From Azolla caroliniana (Eukaryota; Plantae; Polypodiophyta): 64,000 nucleotides of DNA. The stretch is taken from assembly GCA_043228905.1 (NCBI GenBank), contig JBHGNT010000016.1, forward strand, positions 7,998,001 through 8,062,000. The letters run 5' to 3'. Both the position numbers and the translations under genes were made by a program. Position 1 is the stretch's first letter. Each line of letters starts with the position of its first letter. Shown here one piece after another: positions 27,945 through 41,428 of the stretch. The notes beneath the pieces are model-generated. The model was not told the origin of the DNA. It saw only the letters and a list, made by a program, of their open reading frames with translations, and did no database searches.

Positions 27945-30213
27945 ACCATTTTGAACTTCCATAAAGCACATTCACATTTATTTATTACATATTGTTTTTG
28001 CTTTAAGTGATCATAGGGAAATCAGAGCCATCATGATTTATGTAAATGGAACAAACTTACAAATGATGGATGTAAAATTGTCTGCAACAGCCTTCCAACT
28101 CTAGATCAATACTATTTTTCATGTGGTTGCTTACTTTCTTCATGAAGCTCTCAAGCATAAATTAAGCATACAAGATACACTTGATATAAATTGTCATTCC
28201 ATAAAAAAATTTGATCATAAATACAGGGCGTTTCTCCTCATTTACCCCTTGACGTCTGAATTCTGATAACCCTGTATAAAAAGTTGTCTTCGTGCCTGAG
28301 TTATTTATTTTATTTGTAATCTTTTTTGATTTTAATCTAATAAACTTACCTTTCTTTAAAATGCAAGGAAATATTGTTCCCATACATGTCCTTCAAACGT
28401 GCCCTTGAAATGTTCATCTCCAACAGTATTGCGTATAACTGAACAATGGTGCGTGGTTCCATTTTTTCTATTGTTTTGGCGATACCAAATGTACAGGAAG
28501 TGCTTGCAGGCTGTTCTTTGAATTGTAACAAATCATCTGGTGAAAAATATGAGTTTTAAGAAATTGGTGTTCAAGGGCTACAATGCTATAATTAACCATG
28601 ATACCTAGACTAAATAAGCACTTTCACTAATTCTTGACAATGGAAAAGTGCCCTAAGCTTAATATTGAAGAATCAGAGGTGAGACATGCTACTGCAAATA
28701 AGACTAACTTTGATGGAGCCAAATTTAGTGCGTTTGGCATGTATTGCAAAAGCATGATCCATAACATGGTTGTGAAGTTTGTAAGAGAATGCAATACATT
28801 GGAGCTATTGTAATATAATGAATTAGGCAAAACACCAGATACCATAATATGCTTAGGTTTTCCATTTTGACGTGTCCTTTTGGATTATTCTACCAATAGC
28901 AGACCATAATGTTGTACACTTTGTTGTAGTTTGTCGGAAAGAATTTGATGTTTTCTCATTGGATTTGTTCAATGTTTACTTAATTTTAGAAACCATTGTA
29001 CAGATTCTCTCCTTTAATACTCAAATTGCATGAAAGATCTGAAGGATGACTTTTTAGAGATTGGAAGCAATAACGAGCTCAATAATTACCTACAATTTTA
29101 TCAGTTACAATGGAAAATGATGGCACCACCCAAATTGAACCTTGGAAGGAGGCCTACAAAGTTTGTTTTTTTGTATTGTGTATAGATCAACATAGCACGT
29201 TTTCTTTTGTATTTGATGGTTTGTTCTACAAGCTTTGGAACTTAGAAAAACATGAAGCATTTTATGTTTTCAGACCATCATCATACCATTTGTGAAACCT
29301 TACACAATCAGCCAATCTTACACAAATTCCTGTGATTTTGAACACCATTGAATCAATATGTAGGTGACACAACACAATAGAGCACTTTGGTAGCGTACTC
29401 TTTGTCAACTTCTGCATCTTGGGCCCAGGTGGGAAGTCTCTCATAGGTCATGACTGTTGATGAAGGCAAATGCTCAATCTATAACATCTAAAGTCTCTTG
29501 GTGACTAAAATTCTCTGACAAGCTTTGAGTGATGTACCCAATTACATCACCTAAGAACCGCATTTAGTATGTTACACATTAAGCATATAGTATTTAAGTA
29601 CGATCGTTTGATCCTTGAAATAATTTAAGAGAAGCCCTTGACTTGGGCACTTGATCAAGTATTAATCATGATTGTGGTTGCATGACAAATTTCCAAACTA
29701 ACTATTTTGTACATCAATATGATATGCCAAGAACAATAGTGTAGAATCTCTGCTTTAACTTTCTATTTTTTGGAAGATACCAAACGTTAATCCCACAAAT
29801 CCTAGATTGTGAGTAAGAAAACAGTGGTCTATGCATTCGACCATAAAAGTCATGATACTCTATTTATAAATTCTCTCATGCTTCCCACTGTTTCACATAA
29901 ATCTTTGCCTGTTAAACATTAACAATATTGATATGAAAACTCGAGTTTTACTTAATCATGAAACCTGAAAATAGAATCTTCCGTTCCTTACAGTTCAGAT
30001 GAGATACCGTACACAATATCCTTGAAAAGAGGCAAATATATGAAGTCTCTAGTTATCCACTGTTAACAACAGACTGGAACATACATGTAGGCCAAATTAA
30101 ACACAAAATGATTTAAAATTGTGAATTCACAGCACAATTCATGGCATTAACCAGGTCCCATTCTCTCAAAGTATGCTTATTAAACCTGGGCACTGATCAG
30201 GAGGATGATAGCA

Positions 30214-33200
30214 TTACATTTGGCCCTGTCTCATACGTTTTAAACGACTCTTGGTTAAGGCAGTATGCTTGTATGGTTTCTCTTTTTCTTTATCTCTAAT
30301 AAAAGCAATCAACATAAGAAATCCCCAGAGGGAGAAACCACCGACCCAGCCTCCACCGCCGCCACCGCCGCCACCACCGCCTCCACCATCACCCCGTCCA
30401 GGTGGGAAACCATTCCCACCATCATCTATCTTGGGAAGATTCTCCTTCATCCGTGCTGAAAATAAAATAAACAAACATGCACACACAAATATATATAGTT
30501 AAAATAAACAAGAGAAAAGCTTGAGCATTATATAATCCGTATCTGTTTTTTTATATTGCAACGCGTAGAGTACCTTGAGCAGGACTCTTGGTTGAAACTG
30601 GGTTTTGAATAGTTTGTTGCTCTGCAGAGCACTTTGTTGCCTGCACATGCACATAAAATACATTCAGTAAATATTGGAATACTTCAAAAAAAATGAGGTC
30701 CGTTCCCAAACCTACCCCTCATCATAATGCCAAAATACAAAGGATAATTCTGTCCACAGTTGGTAAACCCATGCTTTGTAATTTCATGAGAGCAATTCCA
30801 TTCTAACTGGTCATGAAAACCTAATTCTATGGATTTAATAACAATCATACATTCATCATTGATTAAAATTTACTAATTATATGCAAGTCTCTCAAATTTT
30901 GGTTCTAGTGACAGTGCAAACTGTGCTTTTATTGTTTTCCCTGGTATTAGTAAACCACATACAATAATTGATTGGATCATTTGAAGAATGTGGCAAACAG
31001 CTCCATACATAGATTTCTAATTTCTGATGCATTGCAATGCTTTTCCTTGAAATAAACCTTCCTCTTGGAATTCCAGGAGACTGCATCATATGTCTATACA
31101 TCTAGATGGCACATATGCCCTTTCTTACAATCCTTTACCCGCAGCATAAAATATTCATCTAATACCCTGCAGCAACAAATGTTCCTCCAATAATGTGAGA
31201 CCTTTCTGCCTCTCTCATAACTTATAAGGACCACCAAATATTCCAGCAAATTATCGACCATACTTGGTATATATACTGTTGCCTTGAACTTGGAGGTTAA
31301 TTGAACTCCGGTGACTTTATGTAGGGAAGAGTTACGCTTTTTTGGTGTAATTGTGGAATAATTGACAGATGAGTCAGTTGCAATGTTATTATTGTACTAG
31401 GATACACTCCTTACCTTTTGATATATGAAACCAGTGATTTCTACAAGGGAAAGATGGGAACATATTGTGATGTTTACCACATGGCTAGTACACATATACG
31501 AGGGAGCATATTTGGCCATAGTTCCAAACTCCCAAGTCTTGTGCAGGTTCTATGCATTGATCTTTTCCGATGCTTTATCTTCCCCTCTTTTTTGCAAACC
31601 CAAGAGGATGAATCGTCCAAATCACAGCACATAGAACTTACAATATATTATTACTTTTCTCTCATAGATTACATGTGACAAGTCTCCTGCATTGCATGTC
31701 TCCTTTGTCTGATGTACTGCAGCTAAAGAGATAATAGTAATGATTCTTTCCAATATTTTGTGTATTTTTTGCAGATATCTAATTTATGGATTTAGCGAGT
31801 GCATTTATTTTGCTTCTAACTCTACATAGTGTACTGATGTTTTTGAAAATTGGGAAATTCTTGCAGACAACAATGCTTTACATATCTTTCTAGCATCCAT
31901 GGAGAGATTCATGCAAAGTCATCAACATAGTCCTTTACTTTCAAGACTGAAATGGGATACCAATGCTAATGTCCAAGATGTTCAGGAAGCCACTCCGAAT
32001 GTGCATATCTGTTGTTTGCTGTTATTCGGTTTCTTGAGTTGGATCAAACGCACAAACTTTCTTTTCAGGGAAAACTCAGTATGGCTCTGTTTCCCCTGAT
32101 GTCAGTAGACATGGTTTTACACAACGCTTTGCCCCCTCCATCATGCATACCGTACGTAGCCATCCTCTCCATTAACTTGAGTTTCTTTCCTTCTAGTTTT
32201 CCATTTCCTTGTTTTTCCACAAACTTTTGTTACAGTTTTTACAATGGACGTTTCCTCCTCAGTTTCTACGAACTGATACAGCCCCATTCTCCTTCACTTG
32301 CCCAGTTTTTTTTCATTACCCAATTTCTGCCATGCCTAACAATGGCTATTGACAGTGTGTGACAACTGAAATTATTATTTTTCAGTATGTATGTACATTC
32401 TGTCGTCTACTTTCTGCCATAGAACGTTTATATTCCAGCGAGCAATGTTACCGTTTGACTTGTTTTTGTACCTTCTTCCCCTCTCGTGCTTCCATTTTCT
32501 CGTTTTGTTTTAGCCCAACCGAGTCTATTTCTATAATATCATCATCGAATTCCTTGATTGTTCTATTTCCCTCTGAAACTTGAATCTAAGATATCGAAAT
32601 ATCAAACTTGGGTGATCAGCTATCTCTTTTTTGGGTTAGAAAAACAAAGTTTGTATTAACTGTACTTAGAATTCACCAAAATTGCTGAGTAGCATATTTT
32701 TGAACGAAGAATCAACTTATGAAAACAATTCCCATGGATGCAATAAAAAGCACCAGACAAACACAATGAGATGTATCAAGCTTCAACAGAATTATCGACC
32801 AGATGGAGCATCTAAGTAAAGATGGAGACTAGAAAGCAGGAAGCTTTGAAATACAGGGTTGATGTGACAGGACGCAACGCTCATTGACGGCAAAGGCAAG
32901 CGTCAAGAGTCCACTACTTCATTATACTAATTCCATTTTCTGCAATACCCTATGCACTCACAGGTTACAGTTATTACTTACTAGACCCTGATGTTAGCCA
33001 AGAAGCATTAATATCCTCTGAATTCCAAGACCATCAGACATATCATGCAATGAGTCAGAAGTAGTTTTCCCATTCACATTCATCCCTTTATTAATTAATA
33101 ATGGCTTCCTCTTCTTTGCTACAATTCTAATTTGTGTTATAATGCAACCTTTCAAAAGAAAAGATTACAGAACAATAAGCTGAAAAAATTCCAACATACC

Positions 33201-33562
33201 AAAGCTGTATTGCAAACTGTCCGTGCAGACATCATTGTATGTGACCTGCCTGAACGCTTTTGTGCACTTCCTTTTGTCTCCATCCTTACAAAGTTTAACG
33301 GGACCTTTGTGGCATGTGAATTTGATATTGGAAGGTGTGGAAACAATCCACGTGGATTCTGCTTCTCGCACCCATTAACTGTATATCAAGAGTGAAAGAA
33401 TTAAATCATTTCTGGAAAATGAAACATGGTCATTGAACATGCACAAACCGACATATGATTGAAATCCTGGGAACTATATGGATGTATTATCAAGAAAGCT
33501 AAACGTAACTTACCAATGGTGCAGCTCGGACTGTGAAAAACTGTTGTTGAGGATGGAGACAT
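30214..33562 (-). CDS. YELLOW LEAF 1 / EMB1303 / rice RF2-like glycine-rich plastid protein (178 aa); exons 33562-33514, 33378-33200, 30640-30574, 30455-30214; probable upstream exon ending at 35966
   Basis: In-frame GT-AG splicing gives a Ser/Thr-rich transit-like N-terminus, VCNTALATKCSAEQQT, then PKIDDGGNGFPPGRGD-polyG-WVGGFSLWGFLMLIAFIRDKE. This matches my recollection of the family signature. The start codon is uncertain. Confidence 0.8.
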
Positions 33563-34771
33563 TGATGTCAGTTTGAGCCAATAGTCTGCAAATTCTTCAA
33601 AAAGAGAGGGTATAAGTTCTCTTAAGGGATAAAACCAAAATTAACTCTTCTTTCATAAATCTTGTCCTTGTGAATCAAGGATTTCCTTAGTTTCCTATGA
33701 AAAGATTGACCTGATTCCTCAAAAGTTTCATTTGAATGAGATTTTGTTTATTCATAAGTTTAACATATAGAATCAAGCAACGGAAAATTTTGGATTGAAA
33801 GAGAAATTCATAGTTACATGAACAAATTTCATTTCATTTCTTGCGGTTCTCTGCAGAAACAGAAATCAAGAAACTAATATTAGGTTGAAAAAAAAATCAT
33901 CAATAAAAATTAGGGATATGAAAGGAAGACAGATGGAATCCAGAAAGAAAAGCAGTTTATGTTAAACCAGGAAGTGTTGAGACAAAGCAAAAAAGACGCT
34001 AACAAATAGGTGAAAAGCACGACGTCAATTATAAAAGACATTGATATAAAATTTCGTAATTCTTCAATTTGGGGGATAGATTAAAAAGGTACCCAAAAAG
34101 CAAAGAACATGAAAAAGAGAACTCAGAAGGAAAGACAGAGACAATATGCACAGTCATGAGAAAGAGAGAGAACCTGATTTCTTGGTTTCTTCTGAGTATA
34201 TATATACAAATATGGGAATGAATGTATGTCATATCAGTGTTGGGGCTACCGGAAATTTTCCTACTTCTCATTAATCTAACTGGATTAAAAAAATTATAAC
34301 CAGCCATTTTCCTACGAGTGTTCATGTCATCTAGAACTTCTTGAAATTTAAAAAAAGATCAGCACATACCAAATCGTACAGCATGACCATTCATAAGAAA
34401 AATTCACAATTGGTAAAATATTAAGAAAAGTTTACGAGGCAAGAAAGGATGCAAGTTTCCACTATGGATCTTCCAATCTATCAGAAAAAGAAGAAGAATG
34501 AGGAAAGTGAGTATTACAAACATAAGATACTAATCTGACTACATTTATATTTTAAATTGGAAACGAATGGCTTTAGATCCTTTGAGGATTATAGGGGTCG
34601 GGGTTTGGGGTACCATATGGTATGAGAGTGCTCTCACACACTATATGGATATATATACATTAATCATGAGAGTCTCACAACCCAATCAAGCCCTTGTTAT
34701 ACGTTTTCTCATACTTGATCCCATACATAAGTCATGTTTGTAGACTTTCCATGACATGAAAACATCATCTT

Positions 34772-34818
<47 letters not shown>

Positions 34819-36178
34819 TTATGAGACTCTCATGAACCCACCAAAAACCATGTTAACATTCAGTTCCATAGTCCACATTTCGCCTTCGATGATGTTAGCA
34901 GATCATAAATCTCTCTCTCTTTCTCTCTCTCAATCACTTTCACATTCTCTTCCTTTGAGAGCGACCTCATAATCCCACTGAAACCCATGATATATATGTT
35001 TTCTCCGAGTCAGTCTGTAGTCCATATTTTGGCCTCTTCTGTGAGAAGGGTGGCACATTTGTAAATTTATAAGAGCAACTACCCTCTCTTTCATTATATT
35101 TATTTATTAACATAACACATAATTCATAGAGGAGCTAACTCAATCTACTATGCACTCGTAACCTAGTTAGGGGATAGCTGGTGTATGGTGTATATGATGA
35201 AGAATTGTCTAATTTATTCTTCTTGTCCAAAGTTATGACAGAACATGAAAAGTGCATTTCATAAGGAGATTAGAAGTCCATAGAAAAGTGTTGTCTGCAC
35301 GCGGACACACACACACACTATACACATATAGATATACACACCTCATCAACAACCATCAAAACCTTGGAGATTGGAAGCCTATAGAAAAGTGCACACACAC
35401 ACACACACACACACTATACACATATAGATATCTGCACATCATCGACCACCACCACAACCTTGGAACTATACACAGAAGTTGTAGTTTCCCAAGGCTTCTC
35501 CCACACTGTGCACATATAACATTCATTGGTACTTCTACTTCTACAACTATGCAAACAAGTAAACGCTAACATGGTCATCTCTTCATGCTTCCACACAATC
35601 TTAACCACCATAGTTAAACTGAATAATTATTTACAATGTATACATATAATTCTCTGATTCCTTCTTGCTATTTTCTTAATAACTTGGAGAGTCTTTTCCT
35701 AGCATTTCTTAAATCTTCATGATTTGCAAGATTTCATTACACCAGTGGCATGAAAGCAACAACCACCTATGCCTGCGCTCCATGATCATCCAGTCTTTGG
35801 CGGAATTAAACATTATCCGGGCAACATCATCATTGAACATGATGCTGGAAACATTAGTAAAGCAGGCATCGATTCACAAGCAATGTCCTCTCATCATCAC
35901 CATCATAGGGCTAAGCTATCATCACAAGAAACAGTCCAAACTAGTTTGCCAATAATAAAACTTACTTCTTGATTCTGCCTCTGTTCGATGTTGTGAAAGG
36001 CACGAGAGGAGGAAGAAGTATTGAACTGACAGGAGAATGAGGAGACGCGAAGCTATGGCAGCCTTGAGAGGCAAGTGCAGAGAAGAAGAAGAATTTCCAT
36101 GTCTGAATTGATATGATATATATACATACATATGTTGTATGTAATAGAATGATAAGTCACTCAAAAGATTTGCTTGGG

Positions 36179-36180
<2 letters not shown>

Positions 36181-36226
<46 letters not shown>
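36181..36226. repeat. (CA)n microsatellite
   Basis: Perfect CA run upstream of the YL1-like gene. A compound (CT)n(CA)n is also present at ~34772-34818. Confidence 0.95.
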
Positions 36227-36228
<2 letters not shown>

Positions 36229-37949
36229 ATCCCTTCCTTTCACTTTGGGTCGTAGTGCCGGTGACAATCACTTGAATCCTGTTCCAGAATATCTGGCACA
36301 CTTTTGTTTCTTCTGTCCTCACCTCATCATGTACCTTACGCTTCTACTCGATCCATTCACAGTAACCGGAAGATCCGTGACATTTATATGGGCCCATTTC
36401 CCATCCCATGTCCGCTAATTTGCCTTCTGCTCGAACTCCATTCTCTTGTAGATCGCCGACGACACATTCGAGCTGCTTGGCAATGCCACGAGCCTACAGA
36501 ATTCCGTAGGTTTTAGCCAACTTAAATCCTCATGAACTCCTTGGTCTCGTGCACTTGGAACCTTCACCATTATGCTGTCACATTAATATGTAAAATGTTT
36601 TTCGTAATGTCTCATATGTAGCATGTTCACATTATTACATTAGCAAAGCTATGCTATAGTTATTGTAGAACCTTGCGTGAGTGATTGCATTATTTCTAAA
36701 TGGCAACAATGTACAATTGCCAAGTGGCAAGCCTATATCACAATTAGGTGTTGATCCTACATAAGTCTAGGACTACTATCAACATATAAAGATCTCAATG
36801 TTGTTGAACCATTCACATTCAACACCAGTCTTTGAAGTACTCTTGTTTCTGCGACAATCACCAAGGATGATACATCTATGAACATTGACATTTAACGGGT
36901 AAATAGATTATTGCTACCTCTCAAATGGGACTAGACGCTTAGATTTGTGCTCCTTCATTGACTTCCTAGCAATATCACCAAGGAGACATCGCAACAAGCA
37001 AAAAGAATAGGTGGGATTACAAGATCAACAAAAGATTAATAGAAGTGCAATTATTGATGACTTGCTGCCACTTGTAGTGAAATTGGGGCCTATTGTCAAA
37101 AAGTTTCCACAATGGAGCACAAAACAATTGGGGTCTATTGCAAGCAAGTAAGTTTGGATTCTAAACTGGTTTGTGTCAATTCCCATTGGATGAAGATGGA
37201 ATCCTCAAAGACTTTGACATGTTTATGGGTTTCCTCACTTCTTTCGAAGTTGTTCCAAATTTTTTGTCACGATTCTTGTTGGACAAGCTTGATGGTGTTG
37301 AATAGATCACCGGGAAGTTCATATCCAAATTCTACCTCTCACAAAATTAACACAATAATAAGAGGAGCCAAAGGAGGCAATGCCTTTATTTATAGAGGAA
37401 GAGAAGAAAATGAATTCATGAAAAGAAATATAACCTTAAAAGAAAACGACGAAGAAGTTAAAATTGAAACAGAAGAAACAAAAGCAAAATGTGACGTAAA
37501 AGACATGAAAGAAGAGAAAGATATGAAATAGAAGAGGGCGTCAAATGCTTGTGAACAATGCAACCACACTCCCCAAGGCAACCACACTCCCCAATAACAC
37601 TCTTAGTTCTTTATGACAATAAATATAGGAGACCATCTCAAGAACCAAACTTGCAATGTACCTAAATTATGTTAGAAGTTGCGAAGGAGGTGGGTATAAT
37701 AGATAGTCCACACAATGAAAAGAAAACCATCTAGTGCTCAAGTATTTTTCACCAAAGTTTTCTTTTTGGGAAATTGTAGGTTCATTTGCATCATAGATGC
37801 TATCCTACTATTGTGTAATGTGTTGGTCATTCTAAGCACTAAAGTTAATTCTATGACTGTAAGCCTTGGTTGTACAAGCTTCAAATTGTAGTTGAGAGAC
37901 CCATGTGTTTGTTGATACATCACATATACTAGTAGAAAATGTACTCATT

Positions 37950-39200
37950 CAATTATATGCTGAAATGGTGCCAACCAATCCTTTCTTTGAATTGCTAAAT
38001 CTCAAAGGTGGAGAAGAATTATCCTACCATGGAGAGAGAAGCATTGCATGATCTACAACATAAATAAATTTTACCACATCCTATTACCGATTGAAAACCA
38101 TGTTCTATGTCAACCACTCCACCCTCCTCTATCTAGTGGCCAACACATCAGTCATCAACAAAATCACTTACTAGCTAGATGTTGATCTTGCAAGGGTTTT
38201 AAGGTCACAATATCTGCACACTCTTGGAATGTAGCATGCGATTACAAACTACCTTTCGCACGTTGGAGTTAGGTGTGAAGGGAAGTTTATGACAACTTAT
38301 TGCATGCAATCATACTTCACTTCTCAATCGAAGTTTCAACAACTCCTTGAGATGAGCACTATTGGACATGGGAAATTATGTCATGTTTATTGGAGACAAG
38401 AACACTCCCCACTTAGTTAAAAAAGGATGAGTGCGAGCAGGAAAGTTTTTCGCTTGTTTAGGCAAACGGAGCATGTACAAGAGGCAACTTATAGTGGGAT
38501 TTTAGTACAATATGTTAACAATGGTACCACATAGGTAGAGCGGCCTATGTTGGCTCATGATGTAAAAGATGCACTCTTATTCATCAAGGTGTTTAAATAA
38601 GTGTCAATTCTTGTGACAATCGACGACCAATGTTTGCATGCCACATTTTCCTATTATTTTGCTCTATTCATATTCCAAAAATGGTGCCTCAACTTTCTTG
38701 AACCATTAAAACTGGCTGCTTCCCATACTAATAAGTATGGTGATCATCATAGCCATCAACCACTACTTTTTTAAACAAGTGGGGTGATGCAAAGGTGTTG
38801 GCAACAAGATTGACCCATGTTTACATATGAAGTTCATGGTGCCCATGTTTACATTTATGTAGTGAGAAACCATGGTAGGCACCTCATCAATTAGATAATC
38901 TCCCACATGACGATTAGTTATGCCACAATGCAAGAGAAAAATACAACTATTATCTACTTGCAAATGTCGTTGAGGATTTAGCAATAGATCACTTTACAAC
39001 ATTTAGAAGAAGATTATTGATGAGCCTAAGATAGTAGTTCCTAGCTAGAAATCTCGAGTCTATATACTTTTTCTTAGGCATAAGCTTCGAGTGTTTGAGA
39101 AACCCTCTTCCATTTGGCATTTAGTTGGGAGGTCATCACATCAATCAAGTTTCAAGTGGAGAGACTATTGCAAGATCACTCTACTCTTAAGAGGGAGAGA
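37950..39200 (+). mobile_element. Very decayed Ty3/gypsy RNase H-integrase relic
   Basis: Plus-strand remnants EKNYPTMEREAL (compare EKNYSTTEREAL in element C) near 38010 and FQKWCLNFLEPLK (compare FQKWGLDFVGPFK) near 38675. Confidence 0.72.
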
Positions 39201-39589
39201 GAGGAGTGTAAGGTTTTAGGAGGGAGGATTGGAAGAATATTAATGTACTATACAATTTATATAGAAATTACAAATTCCCATGAACCAAAAACCAATTCGA
39301 ATGTTCACATTGTCTCTTCTATATACACACTTATAAAAATCTTTAATATAGTTGCACTTATTTACTATCAAATCTCTACACAAGTTTGCATGATCATTCC
39401 ACACTCATACGTATGTATTCTCATGCAATTAGGAATAAGCAATAGCTTTCACATACCAAGATTTCCACGGCATAGGCTCACTTCCATACCATTATATTCA
39501 TGTCATTAGAAGGCACAAACTAAATTTGCAATATTTGAGTCGGCATAGCCTCCATCTATGCCCTTACACATACTACCTACCTAACATAA

Positions 39590-39900
39590 CATTATGTTCA
39601 TGCAATTTGCACTCAAGACTTCCATGTCCTAGCACACTACGTTAGCGAACATGTACATTACATTCATGCCATTTCAGCTCAAGGATTAACATTGCGCTCA
39701 AGCCTTCCATGTCCTGGCACACTACGTTAGCGAACATGTACATTACTAGCGAACTTACGTTCATGCCATTTCAGCTCAAGGATTAACATTATGCAAGGAT
39801 TACATGCCCGTTCACGCCATTGCAGCCAAGGATTACATGCCCGTTCACACTATATAGGTAACATATAAACATTATGTTCACGCCATTTGAGCCTAAGCTT
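39590..39900. repeat. Complex tandem repeat region of reshuffled short modules
   Basis: Repeated modules ttccatgtcct(a/g)gcacactacgttagcgaacatgtacattac, ttcatgccatttcagctcaaggattaacatt and caaggattacatgcccgttcac. Confidence 0.82.
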
Positions 39901-40492
39901 CTATATCATCACATTCACACATTATATAGCCCAAGGGCTCCCTATCACTCACGTGTAGCATTAAGTTCATCATTTGATCCAACATACGGTTGTATTCATG
40001 CCATTTGAGTTGGTGATATGGTGGGTATAATTACATCCTATCCTAGGCTTCAAAATGAGAATGGGTGCAATGGTAAGTCCCATGAGTATGAATAATTCAT
40101 GAATTATAGAGGATTCCTCCGTGTAAATCATGATTAGTTACATAAACATTACGAATCATGGCAATGAACAGGGACGTAGTAAACTAATAAATAAAAAACA
40201 ATTATCAATCAAAAGCAAATTATAATTTTCTTACTATCACAAATTAGGCTAAAATTTATAAGACAACGCCGTCTTAAATTCACATTTGGTGGATCCCGAA
40301 TCGTAACAACACAATACCCTAAAGAACCAAGCTAATTTTCAAAAGCAAATTATGGGGAATTTCCAGTAGGATTCGGACCTTGTATATTGCTTAGTAGTAA
40401 ATGCATATATATCTATATAAAATCTATATATGTTTCGAAGAGTAGATTCAAGTGGTACTTCAATTCCAAAGTTTGCCGATTCAAGACTTTAC

Positions 40493-41428
40493 TTACGACT
40501 TGCGATTTTCTACATCCTTACTACGTTTTGTGAATGCCAGGATGACACCCACAATTGCCAAGGCTGCTCCCGACACGAGCAATGGAATTCTAAACTGTGC
40601 ATACTTATATGTATCGCGCTTCCCCTCTTCCCCACCGCCTCCATGGGCATCATTCTGATTAGCCTACAGATTACAACATAAAGTTTGAAACACAACCTCA
40701 AATATATTGTTAGCAGCTTAAATCACAAAAACAAAAGTGTTAGCTTAATTACAAAAACAAAGCCCAGTACATGTGTACACATATACTTATCCAGCCATAA
40801 ACTTGAAATAACAAGAACGAAAAACAAATTGAACCGACATTTTTCATCGATTTTTATAGAGGACAAAACCCGAAAATAAAAAACCACCAGATCAACAAAT
40901 CAAAAACACCATTTATCATCGATTTTTACATAGGGGACAAAACCCGAAAATAAAAAACCACCATATCAACAAATCGAATGCCATTGTTATCATCGATTTT
41001 TATAGGGTAGGAAACCCGAAAATAAAAAAACCCACCATATTATCATCGATTTTTATATAGGGGACGGAAACCTAACAAATAAAAAAACTGCCATATCAAA
41101 TTTGAATTCTTACCTTCCCTTTGTGCTCATGTTCGGCGCGATCATCACCAATACCAGAACCACGTCCACCGCTTCGATTGTCATCGCGTGGGATGGTCTC
41201 ATCCTCTTCGACTATGGGTGCTCGTTCATAAGCATCAGGATCGCCAGTTTTACGTTGAGCGATGTGGCGTGCTAGATCCTCGCTACTAGTGGTATGATTG
41301 GATTCGCCCGCACCACCCATGTGAACAATCTTAATGGGTTGTGCCCCGCCAACTGTAGTCTTCAGGGTTGTGAACTCGCCGACCGTCTCGTGATAATCAT
41401 TATCATCATTAATGCTAGCACTAGACAT
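40493..41428 (-). CDS. Unidentified 161-aa hydrophilic protein with a C-terminal transmembrane anchor; exons 41428-41114, 40663-40493
   Basis: AAG/GTAAGA donor and TGTAG/GCT acceptor join in phase 0. Exon 2 reads ANQNDAHGGGGEEGKRDTYKYAQFRIPLLVSGAALAIVGVILAFTKRSKDVENRKS*. Both exons are GC-richer than the AT-rich flanks. Confidence 0.75.
40835..41100. repeat. Four-copy ~55-75 bp minisatellite in the intron of the tail-anchored protein gene
   Basis: The unit tcatcgattttta...aaacccgaaaataaaaaaccacca is repeated four times with variation. Confidence 0.88.

Noticed and set aside
37112-37531. 139-aa ORF with K/E-rich end
   Set aside because: Purine-rich low complexity beside a transposon relic, with no motifs or convincing splice structure.
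40835-41100. Intronic repeat with variable gaps as a possible CRISPR-like array
   Set aside because: The intervening parts are variants of the same unit, so this is an ordinary minisatellite.
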